A stretch of DNA of 64,000 nt from Eledone cirrhosa (lineage: Eukaryota), in the NCBI GenBank assembly GCA_964016885.1, contig OZ024740.1, forward strand, positions 430,218,001 to 430,282,000, read 5' to 3'. The notes under the pieces are model-generated. The model was not told the origin of the DNA. It saw nothing but the letters and a program-made list of their open reading frames with translations, and searched no databases. The translations under genes and the position numbers were made by a program. Below, in pieces: positions 14,401 through 29,500 of the stretch (positions within the stretch are counted from its first letter, which is position 1; every line of letters starts with the position of its first letter).

Positions 14401-17400
14401 ACCCTCTAAATATTGTTTAGAGGGTAACACTAAACCTAACCCTCTAAATGTTGTTTAGAGGGTAACACTAACCCTAAACTTCTAAATATTGTTTAGAGGG
14501 TAACACTAACCCTAACCCTCTAAATATTGTTTAGAGGGTAACACTAACCCTAACCCTCTAAATATTGTTTAGAGGGTAACACTAACCCGAACCCTCTAAA
14601 TATGGTTTAGAGGGTAACACTAACCCTAACCTTCTAAATATTGTTTAGAGGGTAACACTAAACCTAACCCTCTAAATGTTGTTTAGAGGGTAACACTAAC
14701 CCTAACCTTCTAAATATTGTTTAGAGTGTAACACTAAACCTAACCCTCTAAATGTTGTTTAGAGAGTAACACTAACCCTAACCTTCTAAATATTGTTTAG
14801 AGGATAACACTAAACCTAACCCTCTAAATGTTGTTTAGAGAGTAACACTAACCCTAACATTCTAAATATTGTTTAGAGAGTAACACTAACCCTAACCCTC
14901 TAAATATTGTTTAGAGGATAACACTAACCCTAACCCTCTAAATATTGTTTAGAGAGTAACACTAACCCTAACCCTCTAAATATTGTTTAGAGGGTAACAC
15001 TAAACCTAACCCTCTAAATGTTGTTTAGAGGATAACACTAACCCTAACACTCTAAATGTTGTTTAGAGAGTAACACTAACCCTAACCCTCTAAATGTTGT
15101 TTAGAGTATAACACTAACCCTAACACTCTAAATGTTGTTTAGAGAGTAACACTAACCCTAACCCTCTAAATATTGTTTAGAGGGTAACACTAAACCTAAC
15201 CCTCTAAATGTTGTTTAGAGAGTAACACTAACCCTAACCCTCTAAATGTTGTTTAGAGGATAACACTAACCCTAAACCTCTAAATGTTGTTTAGAGGATA
15301 ACACTAATCCTAACCTTCTAAATGTTGTTTAGAGAGTAACACTAACCCTAACCCTCTAAATGTTGTTTAGAGGATAACACTAACCCTAAACCTCTAAATA
15401 TTGTTTAGAGGGTAACACTAAACCTAACCCTCTAAATGTTGTTTAGAGAGTAACACTAACCATAACCTTCTAAATATTGTTTAGAGGGTAACACTAACCC
15501 TAACCTTCTAAATATTGTTTAGAGGGTAACACTAACCCTAACCTTCTAAATATTGTTTAGAGAGTAACACTAACCCTAACCCTCTAAATATTGTTTAGAG
15601 GGTAACACTAACCCTAACTCTCTAAATATTGTTTAGAGGGTAACACTAACCCTAACCTTCTAAATATTGTTTAGAGGGTAACACTAAGCCTAACCCTCTA
15701 AATATTGATTAGAGGGTAACACTAACCCTAACCTTCTAAATATTGTTTAGAGGATAACACTAACCCTAACCCTCTAAATATTGTTTAGAGAGTAACACTA
15801 ACCCTAACCTTCTAAATATTGTTTAGAGGGTAACACTAACCCTAACCCTCTAAATATTGTTCAGAGGGTAACACTAACCCTAACCCTCTAAATATTGTTT
15901 AGAGGGTAACACTAACCCTAACCCTCTAAATATTGTTTAGAGGGTAACACTAACCCTAACCCTCTAAATATTGTTCAGAGGGTAACACTAACCCTAACCC
16001 TCTAAATATTGTTTAGAGGGTAACACTAAGCCTAACCCTCTAAATATTGTTTAGAGGGTAACACTAACCCTAACCCTCTATATATTGTTTAGAGGATAAT
16101 ACTAACACTAACCCTCTAAATATTGTACAGAGGGTAACGCTAACCCTAACCCTCTAAATAATGTTTAGAGGGTAACACTAACCCTAACCCTCTAAATATT
16201 GTTTAGAGGGTAACACTAACCCTAACCCTCTAAATATGGTTTAGAGGGTAACACTAACCCTAACCCTCTAAATATTGTTTAGAGAGTAACACTAACCCTA
16301 ACCTTCTAAATGTTGTTCAGAGGGTAACACTAACCCTAACCCTCTAAATGTTGTTTAGAGGATAACACTAACCCTAACCTTCTAAATGTTGTTTAGAGGG
16401 TAACACTAACCCTAACCTTCAAAATATTGTTTAGAGGGTAACACTAAGCCTAAACCTCTAAATATTGTTTAGAGGTTTACACTAACCCTAACCATCTAAA
16501 TATGGTTTAGAGGGTAACACTAACCCTAACCTTCTAAATATTGTTTAGAGGGTAACACTAACTCTAACATTCTAAATATTGTTTAGAGGGTAACACTAAC
16601 CCTAACCTTCTAAATATTGTTTAGAGTGTAACACTAACCCTAACCCTCTAAATATTGTTTAGAGGGTAACTCTAACCCTAACCTTCTAAATATTGTTTAG
16701 AGTGTAACACTAACCCTAACCCTCTAAATATTGTTTATAGGGTAACACTAACCCTAACCCTCTAAATATTGTTTAGAAGATAATACTAACACTAACCCTC
16801 TAAATATTGTTCAGAGGGTAACACTAACCCTAATACTCTCAATGTTGTTTAGAGGGTAACACTAACCCTAACACTCTAAATATTGTTTAGAGAGTAACAC
16901 TAACACTAACCCTCTAAATATTGTTTTTTAGGGTAACACTAACCCTAACATTCTAAATATTGTTTAGAGGTTAACACTAACCCTAACCCTCTAAATATTG
17001 TTTAGAGGGTGACACTAACCCTAACCTTCTAAATATTGTTTAGAGGGTAACACTAAGCCTAAACCTCTAAATGTTGTTTAGAGGGTAACACTAACCCCAA
17101 CCCTCTAAATATTGTTTAGAGGGTAACACTAAGCCTAAACCTCTAAATGTTGTTTAGAGGATAACACTAACCCTAACCCTCTAAATATGGTGTAGAGGGT
17201 AACACTAACCCTAAACTTCTAAATATTGTTTAGAGGGTAACACTAACCCTAACCTTCTAAATATTGTTTAGAGGGTAACACTAACCCTAACCTTCTAAAT
17301 ATTGTTTAGAGGATAACACTAACCCTAACCCTCTAAATATTGTTTAGAGGGTAACACTAACCCTAACCTTCTAAATATTGTTTAGAGGGTAACACTAACC

Positions 17401-20400
17401 CTAACCCTCTAAATATTGTTTAGAGGGTAACACTAACCCTAACCCTCTAAATATTGTTTAGAGGGTAACACTAACCCTAACCTTCTAAATATTGTTTAGA
17501 GGGTAACACTAACCCTAACCCTCTAAATATTGTTTAGAGGGTAACACTAAACCTAACCCTCTAAATGTTGTTTAGAGGGTAACACTAACCCTAAACTTCT
17601 AAATATTGTTTAGAGGGTAACACTAACCCTAACCTTCTAAATATTGTTTAGATAGTAACACTAACCCAAACCCTCTAAATATTGTTTAGAGGGTAACACT
17701 AAACCTAAAACTCTAAATGTTGTTTAGAGAGTAACACTAACCCTAACCCTCTAAATGTTGTTTAGAGGATAACACTAACCCTAACCCTCTAAATGTTGTT
17801 TAGAGGGTAACACTAACCCTAACCTTCTAAATATTGTTTAGAGAGTAACACTAACCCTAACCCTCTAAATATTGTTTAGAGGGTAACACTAAACCTAACC
17901 CTCTAAATGTTGTTTAGAGAGTAACACTAACCATAACCCTCTAAATGTTGTTTAGAGTATTACACTAACCCTAACCCTCTAAATATGGTTTAGAGGGTAA
18001 CACTAACCCTAAACTTCTAAATATTGTTTAGAGGGTAACACTAACCCTAACCTTCTAAATATTGTTTAGAGAGTAACACTAACCCTAACCCTCTAAATGT
18101 TGTTTAAAGGATAACACTAACCCTAACCTTCTAAATGTTGTTCAGAGGGTAACACTAACCCTAACCCTCTAAATGTTGTTTAGAGGGTAACACTAACCCT
18201 AACCTTCTAAATATTGTTTAGAGGGTAACACTAAGCCTAACCCTCTAAATATTGTTTAGAGGGTAACACTAACCCTAACCTTCTAAATATTGTTTAGAGG
18301 ATAACACTAACCCTAACCCTCTAAATATTGTTTAGAGGGTAACACTAACCCCAACCTTCTAAATATTGTTTAGAGGGTAACACTAACCCTAACCCTCTAA
18401 ATATTGTTTAGAGGGTAACACTAACCCTAACCCTCTAAATATTGTTTAGAGGGTAACACTAACCCGAACCCTCTAAATATGGTTTAGAGGGTAACACTAA
18501 CCCTAACCTTCTAAATATTGTTTAGAGGGTAACACTAAACCTAACCCTCTAAATGTTGTTTAGAGGGTAACACTAACCCTAACCTTCTAAATATTGTTTA
18601 GAGGGTAACGCTAACCCTAACCTTCTAAATATTGTTTAGAGAGTAACACTAACCCTAACCCTCTAAATATTGTTTAGAGGGTAACACTAAACCTAACCCT
18701 CTAAATGTTGTTTAGAGAGTAACACTAACCCTAACCTTCTAAATATTGTTTAGAGGATAACACTAAACCTAACCCTCTAAATGTTGTTTAGAGAGTAACA
18801 CTAACCCTTACATTCTAAATATTGTTTAGAGGATAACACTAACCCTAACCCTCTAAATGTTGTTTAGAGGATAACACTAACCCTAACACTCTAAATGTTG
18901 TTTAGAGAGTAACACTAACCCTAACCCTCTAAATATTGTTTAGAGGATAACACTAACCCTAACCCTCTAAATGTTGTTTAGAGGATAACACTAACCCTAA
19001 CACTCTAAATGTTGTTTAGAGAGTAACACTAACCCTAACCCTCTAAATATTGTTTAGAGGGTAACACTAAACCTAACCCTCTAAATGTTGTTTAGAGAGT
19101 AACACTAACCCTAACCCTCTAAATGTTGTTTAGAGGATAACACTAACCCTAAACCTCTAAATGTTGTTTAGAGGGTAACACTAACCCTAATCTTCTAAAT
19201 ATTGTTTAGAGAGTAACACTAACCCTAACCCTCTAAATATTGTTTAGAGGGTAACACTAAACCTAACCCTCTAAATGTTGTTTAGAGAGTAACACTAACC
19301 ATAACCTTCTAAATATTGTTTAGAGGGTAACACTAACCCTAACCTTCTAAATATTGTTTAGAGGGTAACACTAACCCTAACCTTCTAAATATTGTTTAGA
19401 GAGTAACACTAACCCTAACCCTCTAAATATTGTTTAGAGGGTAACACTAACCCTAACTCTCTAAATATTGTTTAGAGGGTAACACTAACGCTAACCCTCT
19501 AAATGTTGTTTAGAGGATAACACTAATCCTAACATTCTAAATGTTGTTCAGAGGGTAACACTAACCCTAACCCTCTAAATGTTGTTTAGAGGGTAACACT
19601 AACCCTAACCTTCTAAATATTATTTAGAGGGTAACACTAAGCCTAACCCTCTAAATATTGATTAGAGGGTAACACTAACCCTAACCTTCTAAATATTGTT
19701 TAGAGGATAACACTAACCCTAACCCTCTAAATATTGTTTAGAGAGTAACACTAACCCTAACCTTCTAAATATTGTTTAGAGGGTAACACTAACCCTAACC
19801 CTCTAAATATTGTTTAGAGGGTAACACTAACCCTAACCCTCTAAATATTGTTTAGAGGGTAACACTAACCCTAACCTTCTAAATATTGTTTAGAGGGTAA
19901 CACTAACCCTAACCCTCTAAATATGGTTTAGAGGGTAACACTAACCCTAACCTTCTAAATATTGTTTAGAGGGTAACACTAAACCTAACCCTCTAAGTGT
20001 TGTTTAGAGGGTAACACTAACCCTAACCTTCTAAATATTGTTTAGAGGGTAACACTAACCTTAACCTTCTAAATATTGTTTAGAGAGTAACACTAGCCCT
20101 AACCCTCTAAATATTGTTTAGAGGGTAACACTAAACCTAACCCTCTAAATGTTGTTTAGAGGATAACACTTACCCTAACCCTCTAAATGTTGTTTAGAGG
20201 ATAACACTAACCCTAACCCTCTAAATGTTGTTTAGAGGGTAACACTAACCCTAACCTTCTAAATATTGTTAGAGAGTAACACTAACCCTAACCCTCTAAA
20301 TATTGTTTAGAGGGTAACACTAAACCTAACCCTCTAAATGTTGTTTAGAGAGTAACACTAACCATAACCCTCTAAATGTTGTTTAGAGGATAACACTAAA

Positions 20401-22700
20401 CCTAACCCTCTAAATATGGTTTAGAGGGTAACACTAACCCTAAACTTCTAAATATTGTTTAGAGGGTAACACTAACCCTAACCTTCTAAATATTGTTTAG
20501 AGGGTAACACTAACCCTAACCCTCTAAATGTTGTTTAGAGGATAACACTAACCCTAACCTTCTAAATGTTGTTCAGAGGGTAACACTAACCCTAACCCTC
20601 TAAATGTTGTTTAGAGGGTAACACTAACCCTAACCTTCTAAATATTGTTTAGAGGGTAACACTAAGCCTAACCCTCTAAATATTGTTTAGAGGGTAACAC
20701 TAACCCTAACCTTCTAAATATTGTTTAGAGGGTAACACTAAACCTAACCCTCTAAATGTTGTTTAGAGGGTAACACTAACCCTAACCTTCTAAATATTGT
20801 TTAGAGGGTAACGCTAACCCTAACCTTCTAAATATTGTTTAGAGGGTAACACTAACCCTAACCCTCTAAATATTGTTTAGAGGGTAACACTAACCCTAAC
20901 CCTCTAAATATTGTTTAGAGGGTAACACTAACCCTAACCTTCTAAATATTGTTTAGAGGGTAACACTAACCCTAACCCTCTAAATATGGTTTAGAGGGTA
21001 ACACTAACCCTAACCTTCTAAATATTGTTTAGAGGGTAACACTAAACCTAACCCTCTAAATGTTGTTTAGAGGGTAACACTAACCCTAACCTTCTAAATA
21101 TTGTTTAGAGGGTAACACTAACCCTAACCTTCTAAATATTGTTTAGAGAGTAACACTAACCCTAACCCTCTAAATATTGTTTAGAGGGTAACACTAAACC
21201 TAACCCTCTAACTGTTGTTTAGAGAGTAACACTAACCCTAACCCTCTAAATGTTGTTTAGAGGATAACACTAACCCTAACCCTCTAAATGTTGTTTAGAG
21301 GGTAACACTAAACCTAACCTTCTAAATATTGTTTAGAGAGTAACACTAACCCTAACCCTCTAAATATTGTTTAGAGGGTAACACTAAACCTAACCCTCTA
21401 AATGTTGTTTAGAGAGTAACACTAACCATAACCCTCTAAATGTTGTTTAGAGGATAACACTAAACCTAACCCTCTAAATATGGTTTAGAGGGTAACACTA
21501 ACCCTAAACTTCTAAATATTGTTTAGAGGGTAACACTAACCCTAACCTTCTAAATGTTGTTTAGAGGGTAACACTAACCCTAACCCTCTAAATGTTGTTT
21601 AGAGGATAACACTAACCCTAACCTTCTAAATGTTGTTCAGAGGGTAACACTAACCCTAACACTCTAAATGTTGTTTAGAGGGTAACACTAACCCTAACCT
21701 TCTAAATATTGTTTAGAGGGTAACACTAAGCCTAACCCTCGAAATATTGTTTAGAGGGTAACACTAACCCTAACCTTCTAAATATTGTTTAGAGGATAAC
21801 ACTAACCCTAACCCTCTAAATATTGTTTAGAGGGTAACACTAACCCTAACCTTCTAGATATTGTTTAGAGGGTAACACTAACCCTAACCCTCTAAATATT
21901 GTTTAGAGGGTAACACTAACCTAAACCCTCTAAATATTGTTTAGAGGGTAACACTAACCCGAACCCTCTAAATATGGTTTAGAGGGTAACACTAACCCTA
22001 ACCTTCTAAATATTGTTTAGAGGGTAACACTAAACCTAACCCTCTAAATGTTGTTTAGAGGGTAACACTAACCCTAACCTTCTAAATATTGTTTAGAGGG
22101 TAACGCTAACCCTAACCTTCTAAATATTGTTTAGAGAGTAACACTAACCCTAACCCTCTAAATATTGTTTAGAGTGTAACACTAAACCTAACCCTCTAAA
22201 TGTTGTTTAGAGAGTAACACTAACCCTAACATTCTAAATATTGTTTAGAGAGTAACACTAACCCTAACCCTCTAAATATTGTTTAGAGGATAACACTAAC
22301 CCTAACCCTCTAAATGTTGTTTAGAGGATAACACTAACCCTAACACTCTAAATGTTGTTTAGAGAGTAACACTAACCCTAACCCTCTAAATATTGTTTAG
22401 AGGGTAACACTAAACCTAACCCTCTAAATGTTGTTTAGAGAGTAACACTAACCCTAACCCTCTAAATGTTGTTTAGAGGATAACACTAACCCTAACCCTC
22501 TAAATGTTGTTTAGAGGGTAACACTAACCCTAACCTTCTAAATATTGTTTAGAGAGTAACACTAACGCTAACCCTCTAAATATTGTTTCGAGGGTAACAC
22601 TAAATCTAACCCACTAAATGTTGTTTAGAGAGTAACACTAACCATAACCTTCTAAATATTGTTTAGAGGGTAACACTAACCCTAACCTTCTAAATATTGT
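5500..22700. repeat. Irregular higher-order repeat domain, period ~2.6-3.9 kb (69-102 monomers)
   Basis: Marker ACCCGAACCCTCTAAATATGG has its G at 5581, 9002, 11967, 14589, 18466 and 21961 (offsets 3421, 2965, 2622, 3877, 3495), each followed by a similar variant series. Marker TATATATTGTTTAGAGGATAATAC lies at 7071, 10074 and 16079. Confidence 0.8.
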
Positions 22701-25700
22701 TTAGAGGATAACACTAACCCTAACCTTCTAAATATTGTTTAGAGAGTAACACTAACCCTAACCCTCTAAATATTGTTTAGAGGGTAACACTAACCCTAAC
22801 TCTCTAAATATTGTTTAGAGGGTAACACTAACCCTAACCCTCTAAATGTTGTTTAGAGGATAACACTAATCCTAACCCTCTAAATATTGTTTAGAGGGTA
22901 ACACTAACCCTAACCTTCTAAATATTGTTTAGAGAGTAACACTAACCCTAACCCTATAAATGTTGTTTAGAGGGTAACACTAACCCTAACCCTCAAAATA
23001 TTGTTTAGAGGGTAACACTAACCCTAACCCTCTAAATCTTGTATAAAGGTTAACACTAACCCTAAACTTCTAAATATTGTTTAGAGGGTAACACTAACCC
23101 TAACACTCTAAATATTGTTAAGAGGGTAACACTAACCCTAACCTTCTAAATATTGTTTAGAGGGTAACACTAACCCTAGCCTTCTAAATGTTGTTTAGAG
23201 GGTAACACTAACCCTAACACTCTAAATATTGTTAAGAGGGTAACACTAAGCCTAACCTTCTAAATATTGTTTAGAGGGTAACACTAACCCTAACCTTCTA
23301 AATGTTGTTTAGAGGGTAACACTAACCCTAACCTTCTAAATGTTGTTTAGAGGATAACGCTAACCCTAACCCTCAAAATATTGTTTAGAGGCTAACACTA
23401 ACCCTAACATTCTAAATATTGTTTAGAGGGTAACACTAACCCTAACCTTCTAAATATTGTTTAGAGGGTAACACTAACCCTAACCCTCTAAATGTTGTTT
23501 AGAGGATAACACTAACCCTAACCTTCTAAATGTTGTTCAGAGGTTAACACTAACCCTAACCTTCAAAATATTGTTTAGAGGGTAACACTAAGCCTAACCC
23601 TCTAAATATTGTTTAGAGGGTAACACTAACCCTAACCCTCTAAATATTGTTTAGAGGGTAACACTAACCCTAACCCTCTAAATGTTGTTTAGAGGATAAC
23701 ACTAACCCTAACCTTCTAAATGTTGTTTAGAGGATAACACTAACCCTAACCCTCTAAATATTGTTTAGAGGGTAACACTAATCCTAACCCTCTAAATATT
23801 GTTTAGAGAGTAACACTAACCCTAACCTTCTAAATATTGTTTAGAGAGTAACACTAACCCTAACCTTCTAAATATTGTTTAGAGAGTAACACTAACCCTA
23901 ACCCTCTAAATATTGTTTAGAGGGTAACACTAACCCTAAACTTCTAAATATTGTTTAGAGAGTAACACTAACCCTAACCCTCTAAATATTGTTTAGAGAG
24001 TAACACTAACCCTAACCTTCTAAATATTGTTTAGAGGGTAACACTAATCCTAACACTCTAAATATTGTTTAGAGGGTAACACTAACCCTAACCCTCTAAA
24101 TATTGTTTAGAGAGTAACACTAACCCTAACCCTCTAAATCTTGTATAGAGGTGAATACTAACCCTAACCCTCAAAATAATGTTTAGAGGGTAACACTAAC
24201 CCTAACCCTCTAAATCTTGTATAGAGGTTAATACTAACCCTAAACTTCTAAATATTCTTTAGAGGGTAACTGTAACCCTAACCCTCTAAATATTGTTTAG
24301 AGGGTAACACTAACCCTAACACTCTAAATATTGTTTAGAGGGTAACACTAACCCTAACACTCTAAATATTGTTTAGAGGGTAACACTAACCCTAACCCTC
24401 TAAATATTGTTTAGAGGGTAACACTAACCCTAACACTCTAAATTTTGTTTAGAGGGTAACACTAATCCTAACCTTCTAAATATTGTTTAGAGAGTAACAC
24501 TAACGCTAACACTCTAAATATTGTTTAGAGGGTAACACTAACCCTAACCCTCTAAATGTTGTTTAGAGGGTAACACTAACCCTAACCCTCTAAATATGGT
24601 TTAGAGGATAACACTAATCCTAACCTTCTAAATATTGTTTAGAGGGTAACACTAACCCTAACCCTCTAAATATTGTTTAGAGGGTAACACTAACCCTAAC
24701 CCTCTAAATATTGTTTAGAGGGTAACACTAACCCTAACCCTCTAAATATTGTTTAGAGGGTAACGCTAACCCTAACCCTCTAAATATTGTTTAGAGGGTA
24801 ACACTAACCCTAACCCTCTAAATATTGTTTAGAGAGTAACACTAACCCTAACCTTCTAAATATTGTTTAGAGAGTAACACTAACCCTAACCCTCTAAATA
24901 TTGTTTAGAGGGTAACACTAACCCTAACCTTCTAAATATTGTTTAGAGGGTAACACTAACCCTAACCTTCTAAATATTGTTTAGAGAGTAACACTAACCC
25001 TAACCCTCTAAATATTGTTGAGAGGGTAACACTAACCCTAAACTTCTAAATATTGTTTAGAGAGTAACACTAACCCTAACCCTCTAAATATTGTTTAGAG
25101 AGTAACACTAACCCTAACCTTCTAAATATTGTTTAGAGAGTAACACTAACCCTAACCTTCTAAATATTGTTTAGAGAGTAACACTAACCCTAACCCTCTA
25201 AATATTGTTGAGAGGGTAACACTAACCCTAAACTTCTAAATATTGTTTAGAGAGTAACACTAACCCTAACCCTCTAAATATTGTTTAGAGAGTAACACTA
25301 ACCCTAACCTTCTAAATATTGTTTAGAGAGTAACACTAACCCTAACCTTCTAAATATTGTTTAGAGAGTAACACTAACCCTAACCCTCTAAATATTGTTT
25401 AGAGGGTAACACTAATCCTAACACTCTAAATATTGTTTAGAGGGTAACACTAACCCTAACCCTCTAAATATTGTTTAGAGAGTAACACTAACCCTAACCC
25501 TCTAAATCTTGTATAGAGGTTAATACTAACCCTAACCCTCAAAATATTGTTTAGAGGGTAACACTAACCCTAACCCTCTAAATCTTGTATAGAGGTTAAT
25601 ACTAACCCTAAACTTCTAAATATTCTTTAGAGGGTAACTGTAACCCTAACCCTTTAAATATTGTTTAGAGGGTAACACTAACCCTAACACTCTAAATATT

Positions 25701-26571
25701 GTTTAGAGGGTAACACTAACTCTAACACTCTAAATATTGTTTAGAGGGTAACACTAACCCTAACCTTCTAAATATTGTTTAGAGGATAACACTAACCCTA
25801 ACACTCTAAATATTGTTTAGAGGGTAACACTAACCCTAACCTTCTAAATATTGTTTAGAGGGTAACACTAACCCTAACCTTCTAAATATTATTTAGAGGG
25901 TAGCACTAATCCTAACACTCTAAATATTGTTTTTTAGGGTAACACTAACCCTAACCCTCTAAATATTGTTTAGAGGGTAACACTAACCCGATCCCTCTAA
26001 ATATGGTTTAGAGGGTAACACTAACCCTAAACTTCTAAATATTGTTTAGAGGGTAACACTAACCCTAACCTTCTAAATATTGTTTAGAGGGTAACACTAA
26101 CCGTAACCCTCTAAATGTTGTTTAGAGGGTAACACTAAGCCTAAACCTCTAAATGTTGTTTAGAGGGTAACACTAACCCTAACCCTCTAAATGTTGTTTA
26201 GAGGGTAACACTAAGCCTAAACCTCTAAATGTTGTTTAGAGGGTAACACTAACCCTAACCCTCTAAATGTTGTTTAGAGGATAACACTAACCCTAACCTT
26301 CTAAATATTGTTTAGAGGGTAACACTAAGCCTAAACCTCTAAATGTTGTTTAGAGGGTAACACTAACCCTAACCCTCTAAATGTTGTTTAGAGGGTAACA
26401 CTAACCCTAACCCTCTAAATATTGTTTAGAGGGTAACACTAACCCTAACCTTCTAAATGTTGTTTAGAGGATAACACTAACCCTAACACTCTAAATATTG
26501 TTTTTTAGGGTAACACTAACCCTAAACTTCTAAATATTGTTTAGAGGATAACACTAATCCTAACCTTCTAA

Positions 26572-29500
26572 ATATTGTTTAGAGGGTAACACTAACCCTA
26601 ACCCTCTAAATATTGTTTAGAGGGTAACACTAACCCTAACCCTCTAAATATTGTTTAGAGGGTAACACTAACCCTAACCCTCTAAATATTGTTTAGAGGG
26701 TAACGCTAACCCTAACCCTCTAAATATTGTTTAGATGGTAACACTAACCCTAACCCTCTAAATATGGTTTAGAGGGTAACACTAACCCTAACCTTCTAAA
26801 TATTGTTTAGAGGGTAACACTAACCCTAAACCTCTAAATGTTGTTTAGAGGATAACACTAACCCTAACCTTCTAAATGTTGTTCAGAGAGTAACACTAAC
26901 CCTAACCCTCTAAATGTTGTTTAGAGGGTAACACTAACCCTAACTCTCTAAATGTTGTTTAGAGGGTAACACTAACCCTAACCCTCTAAATATTGTTTAG
27001 AGGGTAACACTAACCCTAACCTTCTAAATGTTGTTTAGAGGATAACACTAAACCTAACACTCTAAATATTGTTTTTTAGGGTAACACTAACCCTAAACTT
27101 CTAAATATTGTTTAGAGGATAACATTAACCCTAACCTTCTAAATATTGTTTAGAGGGTAGCACTAACTCGAACCCTCTAAATATTGTTTAGAGGGTAACA
27201 CTAACCCGAACCTTCTAAATATTGTTTAGAGGGTAACACTAACCCTAACCCTCTGAATATTGTTTAGACGGTAACACTAACCCTAACCCTCTAAATATTG
27301 TTTAGAGGGTAACACTAACCCTAACCCTCTAAATATGGTTTAGAGGGTAACACTAACCCTAACCCTCTAAATGTTGTTTAGAGAGTAACACTAACCCTAA
27401 CCCTCTATATATTGTTTAGAGGGTAACACTAACCCTAACCCTCTAAATGTTGTTTAGAGGATAACACTAACCCTAACCCTCTATATGTTGTTTAGAGGGT
27501 AACACTAACCCTAACCTTCTAAATATTGTTTAGAGGGTAACACTAACCCTAACCCTCTAAATATTGTTTAGAGGGTAACACTAATCCTAACCCTCTAAAC
27601 ATTGTTTAGAGAGTAACACTAACCCTAACCTTCTAAATATTGTTTAGAGAGTAACACTAACCCTAACCTTCTAAATATTGTTTAGAGAGTAACACTAACC
27701 CTAACCCTCTAAATATTGTTTAGAGGGTAACACTAATCCTAACCCTCTAAATATTGTTTAGAGAGTAACACTAACCCTAACCTTCTAAATATTGTTTAGA
27801 GGGTAACACTAACCCTAACCCTCTAAATATTGTTTAGAGGGTAACACTAACCCTAACCCTCTAAATATTGTTTAGAGGGTAACACTAATCCTAACACTCT
27901 AAATATTGTTTAGAGGGTAACACTAACCCTAACCCTCTAAATATTGTTTAGAGAGTAACACTAAACCTAACCCTCTAAATCTTGTATAGAGGTTAATACT
28001 AACCCTAACCCTCAAAATATTGTTTAGAGGGTAACACTAACCCTAACCCTCTAAATCTTGTATAGAGGTTAATACTAACCCTAAACTTCTAAATATTCTT
28101 TAGAGGGTAACTGTAACCCTAACCCTCTAAATATTGTTTAGAGCGTAACACTAACCCTAACACTCTAAATATTGTTTAGAGGGTAACACTAACCCTAACA
28201 CTCTAAATATTGATTAGAGGGTAACACTAAACCTAACATTCTAAATATTGTTTAGAGTATAACACTAACCCTAACACTCTAAATATTGTTTAGAGGGTAA
28301 CACTAACCCTAACCTTCTAAATATTGTTTAGAGAGTAACACTAACGCTAACACTCTAAATATTGTTTAGAGGGTAACACTAACCCTAACCTTCTAAATAT
28401 TATTTAGAGGATAACACTAACCCTAACACTCTAAATATTGTTTTTTAGGGTAACACTAACCCTAACCCTCTAAATATTGTTTAGAGGGTAACACTAACCC
28501 GAACCCTCTAAATATGGTTTAGAGGGTAACACTAACCCTAAACTTCTAAATATTGTTTAGAGGGTAACACTAACCCTAACCTTCTAAATATTGTTTAGAG
28601 GGTAACACTAAGCCTAACCCTCTAAATGTTGTTTAGAGGATAACACTAACCCTAACCTTCTAAATATTGTTTAGAGGGTAACACTAAGCCTAAACCTCTA
28701 AATGTTGTTTAGAGGGTAACACTAACCCTAACCCTCTAAATGTTGTTTAGAGGGTAACACTAACCCTAACCCTCTAAATATTGTTTAGAGGGTAACACTA
28801 ACCCTAACCTTCTAAATGTTGTTTAGAGGATAACACTAACCCTAACACTCTAAATATTGTTTTTTAGGGTAACACTAACCCTAAACTTCTAAATATTGTT
28901 TAGAGGATAACATTAACCCTAACCTTCTAAATATTGTTTAGAGGGTAACACTAACTCGAACCCTCTAAATATTGGTTAGAGGGTAACACTAACCCGAACC
29001 TTCTAAATATTGTTTAGAGGGTAACACTAACCCTAACCCTCTAAATATTGTTTAGACGGTAACACTAACCCTAACCCTCTAAATATTGTTTAGAGGGTAG
29101 CACTAACCCTAACCCTCTAAATATGGTTTAGAGGGTAACACTAACCCTAACCTTCTAAATATTGTTTAAAGGGTAACACTAACCCTAACCTTCTAAATAT
29201 TGTTTAGGGGGTAACACTAACCCTAACCCTCTAAATGTTGTTTAGAGGGTAACACTAACCCTAACCCTCTAAATATTGTTTAGAGAGTAACACTAACCCT
29301 AACCCTCTATATATTGTTTAGAGGGTAACACTAACCCTAACCCTCTAAATATTGTTTAGAGGGTAACACTAACCCTAACCCTCTAAATATTGTTTAGAGG
29401 GTAACACTAACCCTAACCCTCTAAATATTGTTTAGAGGGTAACGCTAACCCTAACCCTCTAAATATTGTTTAGATGGTAACACTAACCCTAACCCTCTAA

